A stretch of DNA of 64,000 bases from an uncultured Planctomycetaceae bacterium (GTDB lineage: Bacteria; Planctomycetota; Planctomycetia; Pirellulales; PALSA-1355): the NCBI GenBank assembly GCA_963791755.1, contig CAWBTK010000005.1, positions 100,508-164,507 of the forward strand, read 5' to 3'. The notes beneath the pieces were generated by a model that ran no database searches, was not told where the DNA came from, and worked only from the letters and a program-made list of their open reading frames with translations. Shown piece by piece: positions 1 through 10,380 of this stretch. How positions within the stretch are numbered: position 1 is the stretch's first letter; every line of letters begins with the position of its first letter. A program made the translations under genes and the position numbers.

Positions 1-1117
1 TCGGCTGGCCGGTAAATTGGCAATACCGTTCCTGTGCACCGGGATAATACGCCACGCGGGGCGGAACCTTGGCCAGCACTTCGTCGAGCAGGTCCAGGAA
101 GCGTTGACGCTGCGGCCAGCTTTTCGAGGTCACGATCATTTTCGTGGCCACGCAGTTGAACGACGCGTTGTTCGTGATCGAGGCGGCCACGCTTTCCGCC
201 TGGAAACGCAATTGCTTCTCGCTGTAGTCGCCGGGCACCACGATCCAAGGGCTCACATTCCCCAGCTCGCTGGTGATCGGTTTTTTGAAGACCGGATCGT
301 TCTCGCGCTTCCGCCGCTGGCGCTCCTCGCCCGCGGGACCCCAGACAATGGCGTCGTGCGAATGGATCGAGCCGGTGATATGGGCTTCTTCGACCTGCGC
401 GCTGGCCAGCGCCGCGGCGCCGGTCTCCGCCCCGCCGTAAACGATGCGCACAAAGCCCAAATCAATCAAGCGGGCGAACAGCCGCTGGAAGATCGGCCCC
501 AGATATTCGTTGACGGGGTTCATCTTCAGCAAGACCACGTGGCCCTCTTGAAAGATCTTCGAGATCGCGTCGGTCGGCGGAATGCTCGACACGTTGCCGG
601 CGCCCAGCACGAGCACGGTGCGAGCCGGTTGCGGATTTTTGATGCGCTCGCCGAGGCGCTCAAGGTCCTGCCGCGTGACGCTCGGCCTGAGCCAACTGAT
701 GGCCTTGAAGCCCGCGAACACGATCGGATCGAAAAGTCCCTTGACCGGCACGACCTGCACGCCCAGATTGCCGCGCGGACCTTCGATCGGCGGCGCGGGC
801 AGCGCGATCTTGCCGGTTTTCTCTAGCGACTGATAATTCTGCACCAGCAGCCGCAGATGCCGCGCCGTCGCCACGGGACCGGCCGCGACTTCCTCGGCCC
901 GCAGCGGGCTGCCGGAGGGAATTCGCTTGGCCTCGCAGGCGGCTTCCACCCATTCGTGAGCCAGTTGCAACACGCGCGCCAGGCAGTCTTCAATCAGCGC
1001 CCGGCGCTCGGCGAGCGATAGCTTGGTCAGCTTCGATTTCGAGGCCGATAGATCGGCGATCGCGCGATCGATGTCCGCGGTCGGCGAGGGCGATTGTTTG
1101 AGCGTCAGGGTTGACAT
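1..1117 (-). CDS. aldehyde dehydrogenase family protein (5' part present; 3' end runs off the window)
   Basis: My own minus-strand translation from the ATG at 1117-1115 reads MSTLTLKQSPSPTADIDRAIADL...VLVLGAGNVSSIPPTDAISKIF...ELGNVSPWIVVPG...NNASFNCVATK. It stays open to base 1. It is absent from the ORF track because there is no stop in the window. The start overlaps the GMC stop (1105-1107) by 13 nt. Confidence 0.8.
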   Translation of the reverse strand, partial: MSTLTLKQSPSPTADIDRAIADLSASKSKLTKLSLAERRALIEDCLARVLQLAHEWVEAACEAKRIPSGSPLRAEEVAAGPVATARHLRLLVQNYQSLEKTGKIALPAPPIEGPRGNLGVQVVPVKGLFDPIVFAGFKAISWLRPSVTRQDLERLGERIKNPQPARTVLVLGAGNVSSIPPTDAISKIFQEGHVVLLKMNPVNEYLGPIFQRLFARLIDLGFVRIVYGGAETGAAALASAQVEEAHITGSIHSHDAIVWGPAGEERQRRKRENDPVFKKPITSELGNVSPWIVVPGDYSEKQLRFQAESVAASITNNASFNCVATKMIVTSKSWPQRQRFLDLLDEVLAKVPPRVAYYPGAQERYCQFTGQP

Positions 1118-2739
1118 GCTGCACCTTTTTGCTCTTTGGCGGCGGCTGATTGTTTCTCGGGCACGTGGCTCATGATCCATTCGCTCAAGGCGCAAATCGT
1201 CAAACTCGGATTCACGCTCAGATTGACCGGCACCACCGAGCCATCGGCGACATAAAAGTTATCATATCCAAACACCCGACCCAAGCGGTCGATCACGCCT
1301 CGCGAGCGGTCGGCGGCCATTGGGCATCCGCCCAGAATATGGGCCGTGGACGTCAAATTGAGCGCCACTTCGCCGATGCCGCTCGACGTATCCCCGTCCA
1401 TCTTGGCGGCCAGCCGATCGGCAACGGCGTTTGCGATGGGAAAGTACTTGGGCACCTTTTCCGGCGAATCCCACACGGAATCGACCCGTTTTTTAAATGG
1501 CCAAAACCAACGGCGCCGCAGACTCAGACTCATGTGGTTGGGAACGGTCTGCATGACCAACAGAATGCCGGTCCGCCGGGCCCAGCCGAACGGATTGCAA
1601 AGCCGCAGGAACTTGAGCGGGCGCCGCATGATCTCGGCGACCAGGCGGATGGGTCGCGGCCACGGCGGACCGCCCCCCACCATCACGGTCAGCAGCAGCG
1701 ACATGAAATCCTGGCCGCGGCCGTAGCGGACCATCTCGATGTGCGTGTCGTCGTCCGGGTGGAAGCCGCTGGCGATGGCGATTCCGCGCGAGTAGTCGAC
1801 GTCGCGGCGACGGCTGGTGGCTGCCACCAGCGCCTCGCTGTTGGTCCGCACGAACGTGCCCAAGCAATCGGACAATCTTGCCAGCGAGCCACGCGCTTTG
1901 CATTTGAGCAATAGCGGCACCGTGCCCAGCACTCCGCCGGACATCACGACTCCTCGGGCTCGAAACGTGCGCCGCCGCTTGAAGAGCCAGTCCGTTATTT
2001 TGCGGGTCTCCACGGCATAACCACCGTCGGGCAATTCACGAATATCGAGCACGTCGCTCTCGGCGATGACCTGCGCCCCGAGCCCTTCGGCAAGATAGAG
2101 ATAGTTCTTGTCCAGCGTGTTCTTGGCGTTGTGGCGGCAGCCCACCATGCAGCCGCCGCACGTCGTACAACCCGCGCGCTCCGGACCCCGGCCGTCAAAA
2201 TAGGGATCGGGCACGGTGCGGCCGGGCTCTCCAAAATACACGCCAACTTGAGTGGGGTGATACGTGTCGCCGCGCCCCATCTCGACGGCGACCTCACGAA
2301 GCATGTCGTCAGTCTCGGTGGGACAAATGGCGGTCGTCACTCCGAGCATCCGCTGTGCCGTGGCATAGTGCGGGGCCAGGTCGCGCTGCCAATCGCCCAG
2401 TTCGCGCCAGCGGGGGTCTTCGAAGACTCGTTGCGGCGGAATCAGCAGGGTATTCGCGTAAACCAGGCTGCCTCCTCCCACGCCGCAGCCGTGCAGAATC
2501 ATCACGTCGCGCAGCACCGTGATCGCCTGGATGCCGAAACAGCGCACCAGCGGGGCCCACAGGTACTTTCGCACGTTCCAATTGGTTTTAGGGAAGTCCT
2601 CGGTGCGCCAGCGGCGGCCCCGCTCGACGACCCCGACCGAGTAGCCCTTTTCGGCCAGCCGCAGCGCCGAAACACTGCCGCCGAACCCGGAACCGATGAC
2701 CAGGTAGTCGAAATCGAATTGCTCGCCGCCCGTTGCCAT
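1105..2739 (-). CDS. GMC-family FAD oxidoreductase (cholesterol-oxidase/ChoD-like alcohol oxidase)
   Basis: ORF 1105..2775 (the track start is a GTG). The ATG at 2739 gives MATGGEQFDFDYLVIGSGFGGSVSALRLAEKGY, an FAD Rossmann motif. The C-terminal region has AHILGGCPMA...GYDNFYVADGS, typical of GMC enzymes. Confidence 0.85.
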   Translation of the reverse strand: MATGGEQFDFDYLVIGSGFGGSVSALRLAEKGYSVGVVERGRRWRTEDFPKTNWNVRKYLWAPLVRCFGIQAITVLRDVMILHGCGVGGGSLVYANTLLIPPQRVFEDPRWRELGDWQRDLAPHYATAQRMLGVTTAICPTETDDMLREVAVEMGRGDTYHPTQVGVYFGEPGRTVPDPYFDGRGPERAGCTTCGGCMVGCRHNAKNTLDKNYLYLAEGLGAQVIAESDVLDIRELPDGGYAVETRKITDWLFKRRRTFRARGVVMSGGVLGTVPLLLKCKARGSLARLSDCLGTFVRTNSEALVAATSRRRDVDYSRGIAIASGFHPDDDTHIEMVRYGRGQDFMSLLLTVMVGGGPPWPRPIRLVAEIMRRPLKFLRLCNPFGWARRTGILLVMQTVPNHMSLSLRRRWFWPFKKRVDSVWDSPEKVPKYFPIANAVADRLAAKMDGDTSSGIGEVALNLTSTAHILGGCPMAADRSRGVIDRLGRVFGYDNFYVADGSVVPVNLSVNPSLTICALSEWIMSHVPEKQSAAAKEQKGAACQP

Positions 2740-2879
2740 GCGGTCCAGTGTAACCGTCGGCGATCGAAATCCCACCGCTTCGTCGCCTCCGTTCCTTGAA
2801 TTCCATCGAGTCCGCCGGGTTAGTATTCGACGGCTCGCGGAGCTAAAATGGGGCGATTCGCCGAGGAGAGAAAGAGAAG

Positions 2880-4297
2880 ATGTCCTATTCCAGCACGGTT
2901 CGCGACAGCAGATATAACTTCGCGGACTTGCGCGAGTTGCTGGCCAAGGCCAACGAAGAGAAGTCCGGCGACACGCTGGCTGGCATCGCCGCCACGAGCC
3001 AGCGCGAGAGGGTCGCCGCGAAACGAGCCCTGGCCGAGGTCCTCCTCAGCGAATTCGCCGACAAGCCGCTCCTCGAACCCGAATGCGATGAAGTCAGCCG
3101 GCTGCTGCTCGAGACTCATGATCTCGCGCGCTTTGCCCAGCTATCCTCGCTGGCGGTCGGCGAGTTTCGCGAGTTCCTGTTGGACGACGCGACTGACGGC
3201 GAACTGCTGGGCCAACTGCACGACGCGATTCTGCCCGAGATGGCAGCCGCCGTGGCCAAGCTGATGAGCAACAAGGACCTGGTGCTCGTCGCGAGCAAGA
3301 TTCGCAACGTCACGCGGCTGCGCAACACGATGGGGCAGCGCGGCGTGCTGGGGATGCGCGTGCAGCCGAATCATCCGGCCGACGACCTGGGCGGAATCCT
3401 GTTGTCGGCCGTCGAAGGCCTGCTATATGGCTGCGGCGACGCCGTGATCGGCGTCAACCCGGCCATTGAATCGGTCGATACGGTGTCGGTGATTCTGCGC
3501 GGTCTCGATCGCTTGATTTCCGTCTGCGGCGCTCCCACGCAGCACTGTTGCCTGGCTCACATCACGACCCAGTTGGCGGCTCTGGAGCGCGGGCGCCGGT
3601 CGATTTGTTGTTTCAGTCGCTGGCCGGAACCGAGGCCGCCAACAAGAGTTTCGGCATTAGCGCCGAGATGATTCGCCAAGGACGCGAACAGGTCCTGGAG
3701 CACCATCGCGGCCGCGACGTGGCCTGGGTCGGCGACAACGTCATGTATTTCGAAACCGGACAGGGCAGCGCCCTGTCGGCCGACGCACACCACGGCATCG
3801 ATCAATTGACGCTCGAAGCGCGGGCATATGGCCTGGCCCGGATCTACAAACCGTTTCTGGTCAACAGCGTGGTCGGGTTCATCGGGCCGGAGTATCTGTA
3901 CGATGAAAGGCAGATCATTCGCGCCGGGCTGGAGGACCATTTCATGGGCAAGCTACTCGGGCTGCCGATGGGCTGCGACGTTTGCTACACGAACCACGCG
4001 GTGGCCGACCAGAATTCGGCCGACAACCTGTTGCTGTTGTTGACGGCCGCTGGCTGTAATTACTTCATGGGCGTGCCCTGTTCCGACGACGTGATGCTGG
4101 GCTACCAATCGACCAGTTACCACGACGGCGCGGCGATGCGGCAGCTGTTTGGATTGCAGCCCGCGCCCGAGTTTCTGGCATGGCTCGAAGATCGCGGAAT
4201 CCTTTGCGATGGACGGCTCGCGCCGGCCGGCTCAGCCGAAAATCCGCTACTGACGCATCTGCAAGCCGTGTTGAACGATCCCCTGGCCACGGCTTGA
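2880..4297 (+). CDS. eutB: ethanolamine ammonia-lyase large subunit, interrupted by a 1-nt deletion near 3591
   Basis: ORFs 2880..3671 and 3548..4297 together are collinear with EutB: ...GDAVIGVNP...PTQHCCLAHITTQLAALERG | APVDLLFQSLAGTEAAN...YFETGQGSALSA...VVGFIGPEYLYDERQIIRAGLEDHFMGKL. A GGAGAG RBS lies before the ATG at 2880. Confidence 0.9.
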
Positions 4298-4307
4298 GTT
4301 CCCTTGG

Positions 4308-5138
4308 ATGGCACGCGACGACGGCAACGACCGAACCGACCACCCCGCCCTGCCCTCGGCGGTCGACGGCGCCTTGGCCGCGGCGCTCGACGCGTTGCGA
4401 TTGCGGACACCGGCCCGATTGCTGGTCGGTCGAGCCGGTGCGTCGTATCGGACCGAAACCCAGCTCGTTTTGCGCGAAGATCATGCGGCCGCCGTCGATG
4501 CCGTGCAGGCCGAGCTGGACCTGGCCCGCGATCTTGGCGCCGAGCTGGTCGCGCGATTTGGCTTGTTCGAAGTCACGACCGCCGCCGCCGACAAAGCGCA
4601 GTTCCTCCAAAAACCCGAACTGGGCCGAAAACTGAACTCGCAAGCACGGGCCACAATCGCGAGTCGATGCCCTACTGGCGTGGAACTGCAAGTTGTGATC
4701 GGCGACGGATTGTCGGCGGCGGCCGTCGCGGCGCAAGTGCCGGCGCTGCTGCCGCTCTTGGAAGCTGGCGCCAAACGGCGCGATTGGACGTTCGGCCAGC
4801 CCTTTGCCGTTCACCATTGCCGCGTGGGCGTGCTCAACGATCTGGGCGCCGTACTGGACGCAACGGTGATCGTGCTCTTGATTGGCGAGCGACCCGGATT
4901 GGCCTCGGCCGAGAGTCTGTCGGCCTACATGGCCTTCCGCCCTCGCCCAGGGCATACCGACGCCGAGCGGAACCTGATTTCGAATATCCATTCCCGCGGC
5001 ATCGGTCCGCGCGCGGCCGCCGAGCGCATTTTGGCGCTTGCCGAGCAGATGCGCGCGGCGCAAACCAGCGGCGTGACGATCAAAGAGCATTTGGCGGCGG
5101 TGGCGACGGCGGTGTCAAATAATCAACGTTTGTCGTAA
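4308..5138 (+). CDS. eutC: ethanolamine ammonia-lyase small subunit
   Basis: ORF 4308..5138, 10 nt after eutB. EutC-like core: LRTPARLLVGRAGASYRTETQLVLREDHAAAVDAV...VIGDGLSAAAV...LIGERPGL. Confidence 0.9.
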   Translation: MARDDGNDRTDHPALPSAVDGALAAALDALRLRTPARLLVGRAGASYRTETQLVLREDHAAAVDAVQAELDLARDLGAELVARFGLFEVTTAAADKAQFLQKPELGRKLNSQARATIASRCPTGVELQVVIGDGLSAAAVAAQVPALLPLLEAGAKRRDWTFGQPFAVHHCRVGVLNDLGAVLDATVIVLLIGERPGLASAESLSAYMAFRPRPGHTDAERNLISNIHSRGIGPRAAAERILALAEQMRAAQTSGVTIKEHLAAVATAVSNNQRLS

Positions 5139-5180
5139 ATCGTTGCACGCGCGTCGTAGATTGCACTTGGAGCGGCGTCT

Positions 5181-6176
5181 TCAATTCACCACATTTCGCA
5201 GCGGCAAGCCCAACAGCGCCCGGCGACAGGACTCCGTGCCCTTGAGACGCATGTCGAGCAGGCCTTCCTCGCTGTAAAACGCCGTGTGCGGGTTGACGAT
5301 CAATCGATGATAGGCCGGATGGCTGGGATCGCGCCAAGCCACCAGCAGCGGATGATCGTCCGACGGCGGCTCGATCTCCAGCACGTCGATGCCGGCCCCG
5401 GCCAGTTGTCCACTACGCAGCGCGTCGGGAATAGCCGTCACGTCGACCACGGCGCCGCGGGCCGTGTTGACCAGAAACGACCCACGCTTCATTTTGGCGA
5501 TCGTTTGGGCATTGAGCATGTGGTGCGTCTCGGGGGTCGACGGGCAGTGCATGCTCACCACGTGGGCTTCGGCCAGAAGTTCCTCGAGTGTCTCGGCGCG
5601 GCGCACGCCCAGTGACTTGTCGCGCCCGTCGGGGGCATAAGGATCGTAAAACAGGACGTCCATGCCCAGCGACTTGGCCCGCAGTGCCGCGGCCCCGCCG
5701 ATGCGCCCCAAGCCGACGATGCCAAACACCCGCCCGCGCAGCCGCCAGACAGGCATGCCCTGCGTATAGAGCCATTCGCCTTGCCGGTCGCGCAGCCGCG
5801 AGTTGAACAGCGTGATGCCGCGCGCGAGCGACAGCATCATGCCGATTGCGGTGTCGGCCACTTCCTCGGTGCCATAGTCGGGCACGTTGGCCACGGCGAT
5901 ACCGCGCTGCCGGGCCAGCCGCCAATCGACGTTGTCGTAGCCCACGCCGCAGCGGACGATGATTTTGCAATGTTTCAGTCGATCGATGGTCTGCGACGTG
6001 ATGGAAACGGTGTGATACATCATGATCGCGTCGGCGTCTTCGATCTGGCCGGCCAGTTCGTCCTCGGTTGAGGCGTCGAGAGCAACGATGTCGGCAATCT
6101 CTCCCAAAATGCGCCGCTCCGCCTCCAGCGGTCCGGCGATAAAATCGGTAATCACGACTCGCATACGCTCACTCAT
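5181..6176 (-). CDS. D-isomer-specific 2-hydroxyacid dehydrogenase (CtBP-like, NAD-binding)
   Basis: ORF 5181..6176. Contains GIVGLGRIGGAAALRAKSLGMDV (NAD fold) and FLVNTARGAVVD...AGAGIDVLEIEP. Confidence 0.85.
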   Translation of the reverse strand: MSERMRVVITDFIAGPLEAERRILGEIADIVALDASTEDELAGQIEDADAIMMYHTVSITSQTIDRLKHCKIIVRCGVGYDNVDWRLARQRGIAVANVPDYGTEEVADTAIGMMLSLARGITLFNSRLRDRQGEWLYTQGMPVWRLRGRVFGIVGLGRIGGAAALRAKSLGMDVLFYDPYAPDGRDKSLGVRRAETLEELLAEAHVVSMHCPSTPETHHMLNAQTIAKMKRGSFLVNTARGAVVDVTAIPDALRSGQLAGAGIDVLEIEPPSDDHPLLVAWRDPSHPAYHRLIVNPHTAFYSEEGLLDMRLKGTESCRRALLGLPLRNVVN

Positions 6177-6390
6177 CGGCAGGGTTCCTGTCTGTGCGGC
6201 ACGGTGCGCCCAGGCGGCACTGGCTCGCGAAACGCTTGAAACTTGGCGCGGAGGGAAGAACGAGCGAGTTTAGCGGACGGCAAGACGGGCGCAAAGTGGC
6301 GAATGCGACAACCGGCGACCGGCAGCCGCGGGGCGGCATTCGTCCGCGCGTCACGGCCGATTTCAAGTGCTGGTTAACGCACAAAAATCC

Positions 6391-6419
6391 TTGCATTGGA
6401 GCATGTTGTGCGCCATAAT
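6391..6419 (+). promoter_or_regulatory. candidate sigma70-like promoter (TTGCAT-N17-CATAAT) upstream of the PPC-domain protein gene
   Basis: Hexamers read directly from the sequence, about 210 nt upstream of the start at 6631, inside a 450-nt divergent intergenic region. Confidence 0.3.
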
Positions 6420-6630
6420 CGACCTCGATCCCCAGGGCGCCATCGACCCCGCACTCGGCTGCGTCCCCTGCCAAATGCACACCCCCAAACGCAGACGCGC
6501 GCTGGCGGACGGCGCGTGACATCGAATGCCTGTTTGAGTTGACCGCGAGTCGTGTTACGCCGCTGGCGAACATCAAACGCACTCTTCGGGTATTCGCAAG
6601 GTTTCCAACCCTCGATCCATCTGGTGATTC

Positions 6631-9629
6631 ATGAAGAATCCAAGGTCTACCATGCGCACGACGACGATCCAGTTCACTCGCCGCGCTCTCCAGGCCGTGG
6701 CGGCCTTTAGCCTCCTCTGGCTGGCGCTACCGGCCGTGGCCCAGTCGCTGCCGGTGGCTCGGCTGTTTTCGGTCTTTCCGCCGGGCGCAAACAAGGCGCA
6801 ACCATCGATGTCGCGATTGCGGGAATCGACCTGGAGGGTGTTTCGCAATTGCATTTCTCCACCCCGGGCATTACGGCCGCGCAAAAAACCGTCCCGCCCG
6901 GGCTGGGCGAGACGACGCCGCAGCCGGCCGCGGGTCAATTCACGATCCAAGTAGCCGCCGATGCCAAGCCCGGCATTTGCGAAGTGCGGGCCATCGGCAA
7001 GTACGGCGTGTCCAACCCGCGCTCGTTCGTCGTCGGCACGCAGGCCGAGGCGGTCGAGGCCGAACCGAACAACACTCCCGACAAGGCGACCGAAGTGCCG
7101 CTGGGCACGACCGTCAACTGCGCAGTCCAACGGGGCCACGGACCAGGACTTTTTCAAGTTCACCGCCACGAAGGGACAACGGATCATCATCGATTGCTGG
7201 GCCTACCGCATCGATTCGCGGATGGATCCGACGTTGGTTCTATACGACGCGGCCGGCAAGGAGTTGGACCGCAATCGCGACATGAACCGCCGCGATCCGC
7301 TGTTGGATTTCACCGTGCCGGTCGACGGCGTGTACTATGTCGAGGTCCACGATTTTCTTTATGCCGGCAATAACGAATACTTTTACCGCCTGTCGATCGG
7401 TCCGTCGGCCTACCTGGATTTTGTGTTTCCGCCGTCGGGCCAGCCGGGAACGACCTCGGCCTACACCCTGTATGGCCGCAATCTGCCGGGCGGTCAGCCC
7501 AGCACGGTCATCTCGGCCGATGGAAAGCCGCTGGATAGTTTGAGCGTGCAGATTGCGCTGCCGGCCGACGGCAGTTTGCAGAGTCTGGATATCGGCAGCG
7601 TGATCGAGCCCGAGGAGTCGGGCATCGACGGGCTGGCCTATCGTTTGGAAACGCCGCAAGGCTTGACCAACTCGGTGCCGCTGGGTTTCGCGACCGCCGC
7701 GGTGGTGCCCGAGCAGGAACCGAACGACGAACCGGCGCAGCGCAAGCCGTCACGGCCCCCTGCGAATTCGTGGGCCAGTTCTATCCGCAGACGGATCGCG
7801 ATTGGGTCACGCTCCAGTGCAAGGCCGGCGAAGCCCTGTGGCTGGAAGTGTTCTCGCAGCGTCTCGGGCTGCCGACCGATCCGTATCTGCTCGTGCAACA
7901 GGTGACCAAGAACGACAAGGGCGAGGAACAAGTCAAGGATCTGCAAGGCGTCGACGACTACCTGGAAGATCCCCCCGGCCCGGGTCGCCGGGGCATGAGT
8001 GTTTACGACATGAAGACCGACGACCCGGCAGTGCGATTTGTCGCGCCGGCCGACGGCACGTACCGAATCCTGGTGCGCAATTTGTCGAACTACTCAAAGC
8101 CCGACCCGCGTTTTGTCTATCGCCTGGCGATTCATCCCAGCAAGCCCGATTTTCGCATCGTGGCCAAGCCCCGCTTGCTGCCGTTCAGCCCCGACCCGAA
8201 CCAGAATCCGCCGACCGTGTGGAGCCCGCTGTTGCGCAAAGGCGGCTCTGAGCTGATCGACGTGATGGTGTTTCGTGGCGAGGGATTTGACGGCGAAGCG
8301 CAGGTTTCGGTTGATGGCCTGCCCGCGGGCGTCACTTCGGCGCCCGTGACGATCGGTGCCGGCCAGAACGTGGGCGTGGTGGTGTTGACGGCGGCAGAGA
8401 ACGCGGCCGAATCGATGAGCCTGATCACGATCCTGGGCAAGGCGAAGATCGGCGGAGTGGATGTCGTGCGGCCCGCGCGGACGGCCACGATGGTCTGGGG
8501 CGGACTGCTGAACCAGGTGACTCCGCGCACGCGTTTGGCCCGCAACCTGGCCGTGGCCGTGAGCGGCAGCGAGACGGCGCCGTTTTTCGTCGATGCCGGC
8601 GCCAACACGGTTTTGGAAATGTGCAAGGCCGGCAAAGTGCAAGTCCCGCTCAAGCTAATTCGCCGCGGCGAATTCAAGGGAGACGTGGTCCTGGCGCCTT
8701 CGTCGCTGCCGCCGAACGTGCGACCCGCGACGGTAACTCTGGACGCCAAGACCGAGGCCGGCAACCTGGAGATCGCGATTCCGCCGAACGCGCCGGTCGG
8801 CACCTACACGTTCGCCATATTGGGCACGACGCAAGTCAGTTACTCGCGCAATCCCGAGGCGGTGAAGACGGCGACGGATCGCAAGGCCGCGGTCGACAAG
8901 ATCGTGGCGGACCTGGCAGCCGCGGCCAAGGCCGCTAGTGAGGCCAAGGCCGCCGCCGAGAAGAAATCGACCGAGCTGGCCGCCGCCACGCAGAAGGCGC
9001 GCGAGTTGGCCCTGGCCGCGGACAAAGCGGCGCAAGACGCCGCGGCGCAAGCCAAGGCCGCCGCGGAGGCGAAGGTCGCGGCCGACAAGGCCATGGCCGA
9101 AGCGGAAGCCCAGGCGAAGGCCGCGGCCGAGGCGAAAGCCGCGGCCGACAAGCAGATGGCCGAGGCCGAAGCCAGCGTCAAATCGGCAACCGCCGTGCAG
9201 CAAACGGTCGACAAAGCCGTGACCGATGCCACGAACCAGGCCAAGCCCAAGAATGTTAGCCTGGCCGCGCCCTCTCCGACGGTGACGCTCAAGATCACGG
9301 CCGCGCCGATCACGATGAACGCCATGCCGCCAGGCGCCGTCAAGGCCGGCGCAACGCTGGAAGTTCCCGTGACGATCACCCGGCTGTATGGATATGCGGA
9401 TGCCGTGCAGCTCAAAGTGCAAGTGCCCGAGGCGGCCAAGGGCCTGAAGGTCGCGGAGGTGACCATTCCCGCCGGCCAGTCGACCGGCAAACTGGTGGTG
9501 GAAGCCGCGGCTGATGCCGCGGCCGGCGCCCATGCGTTGGCCGTGCAAGCCATTTCAAAGTTCAATGGCCAGGAATTGTCGGTGGCCGAAAACGTGACCG
9601 TCACGGTGGAAGCCCCGGCGGCAAAATAG
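6631..9629 (+). CDS. secreted ~1000-aa protein with two PPC (pre-peptidase C-terminal-like) modules and an Ala/Lys/Glu coiled-coil; reading frame broken three times
   Basis: Four track pieces (6631..6954, 6849..7373, 6961..7905, 7770..9629) read as one protein. Signal peptide: ...LLWLALPAVAQS. PPC-like modules: EPNNTPDKATEVPLGTTVN..GATDQDFFKFTATKGQRIIIDCWAYRIDSRMDPTLVLYD and EPNDEPAQ..CEFVGQFYPQTDRDWVTLQCKAGEALWLEVF. Coiled-coil at about 8900-9200. Confidence 0.75.
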
Positions 9630-9667
9630 CCGCCGCGAACTTTCGAGCTTCGCCAACCAGGTGCGAC

Positions 9668-10285
9668 TCACAATCCGAACGCGCTGGTATGCGGCACGGG
9701 AAATTCGTCGCTGTAGGGCTTGTTTTCCGGGCTCGAGCACCAGGGATACCGGCTTCCCAGCGGAGCGTCGCGAAAGCTCCAAGAGCGATTCTTGCGCCAC
9801 TGCTCGCGCTGCTTCGTATCGACGATCAGCATGTAATTCGTGACCTCGATGCCCGAAATCGAGCTAGCGAAATACGGAGTGACGGGGCAGACAAATAGCG
9901 GCGGGCGATTGCTGGCGGCCTCGAGATTTCGCTTCGCTGTAAAGAGCGCGTTCGTGTCGAACGTATTCGCCAGAACGTTCTCCTCCATGTACGGCAACAG
10001 CGCCAGCGCCCAACCGCTGGGCCGATTCTCGTAAGGAGGAAATGGCACGAAGCCGCGGTACAAATCCGTGTACGTGTTCATGGCCAGCGAGAGCTGGTGG
10101 ATATTGCTGTCACAGGCAGTCTTGTGTGCTTCCTGCAAAACCATGTGGATCGCCGGGAACAACAAGCCCATCATGATGGTGATGATCGCCAGCACGATGA
10201 TCAGTTCGAGCAGGGTCACGCCCCGCCGCCGCAGCGCGAAGCCGTTGCTCGTGAAGCGCTGCCTCCGCACGTCGCCATCCGCCAT
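9668..10285 (-). CDS. DUF1559-type protein with prepilin-type N-terminal cleavage/methylation domain
   Basis: ORF 9668..10285. N-terminus ...RRGVTLLELIIVLAIITIMMGLLFPAI is a type IV pilin-like leader and helix, typical of the large planctomycete DUF1559 family. Confidence 0.8.
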   Translation of the reverse strand: MADGDVRRQRFTSNGFALRRRGVTLLELIIVLAIITIMMGLLFPAIHMVLQEAHKTACDSNIHQLSLAMNTYTDLYRGFVPFPPYENRPSGWALALLPYMEENVLANTFDTNALFTAKRNLEAASNRPPLFVCPVTPYFASSISGIEVTNYMLIVDTKQREQWRKNRSWSFRDAPLGSRYPWCSSPENKPYSDEFPVPHTSAFGL

Positions 10286-10380
10286 GGGTCTAGTGCTCCC
10301 TTGTGCGCGTACGAGCCACCCCGTTCCGCTTTGACGATAACCCGAAGCGGCGCAAAAGCCAAGAAAATCTCGCGGGCTGT

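Noticed and set aside
2880-5138. An ethanolamine-utilisation microcompartment locus.
   Set aside because: Only eutB and eutC are present. There are no shell (EutM/K/L/N/S), eutA, eutE, eutD or eutT genes in the flanks.
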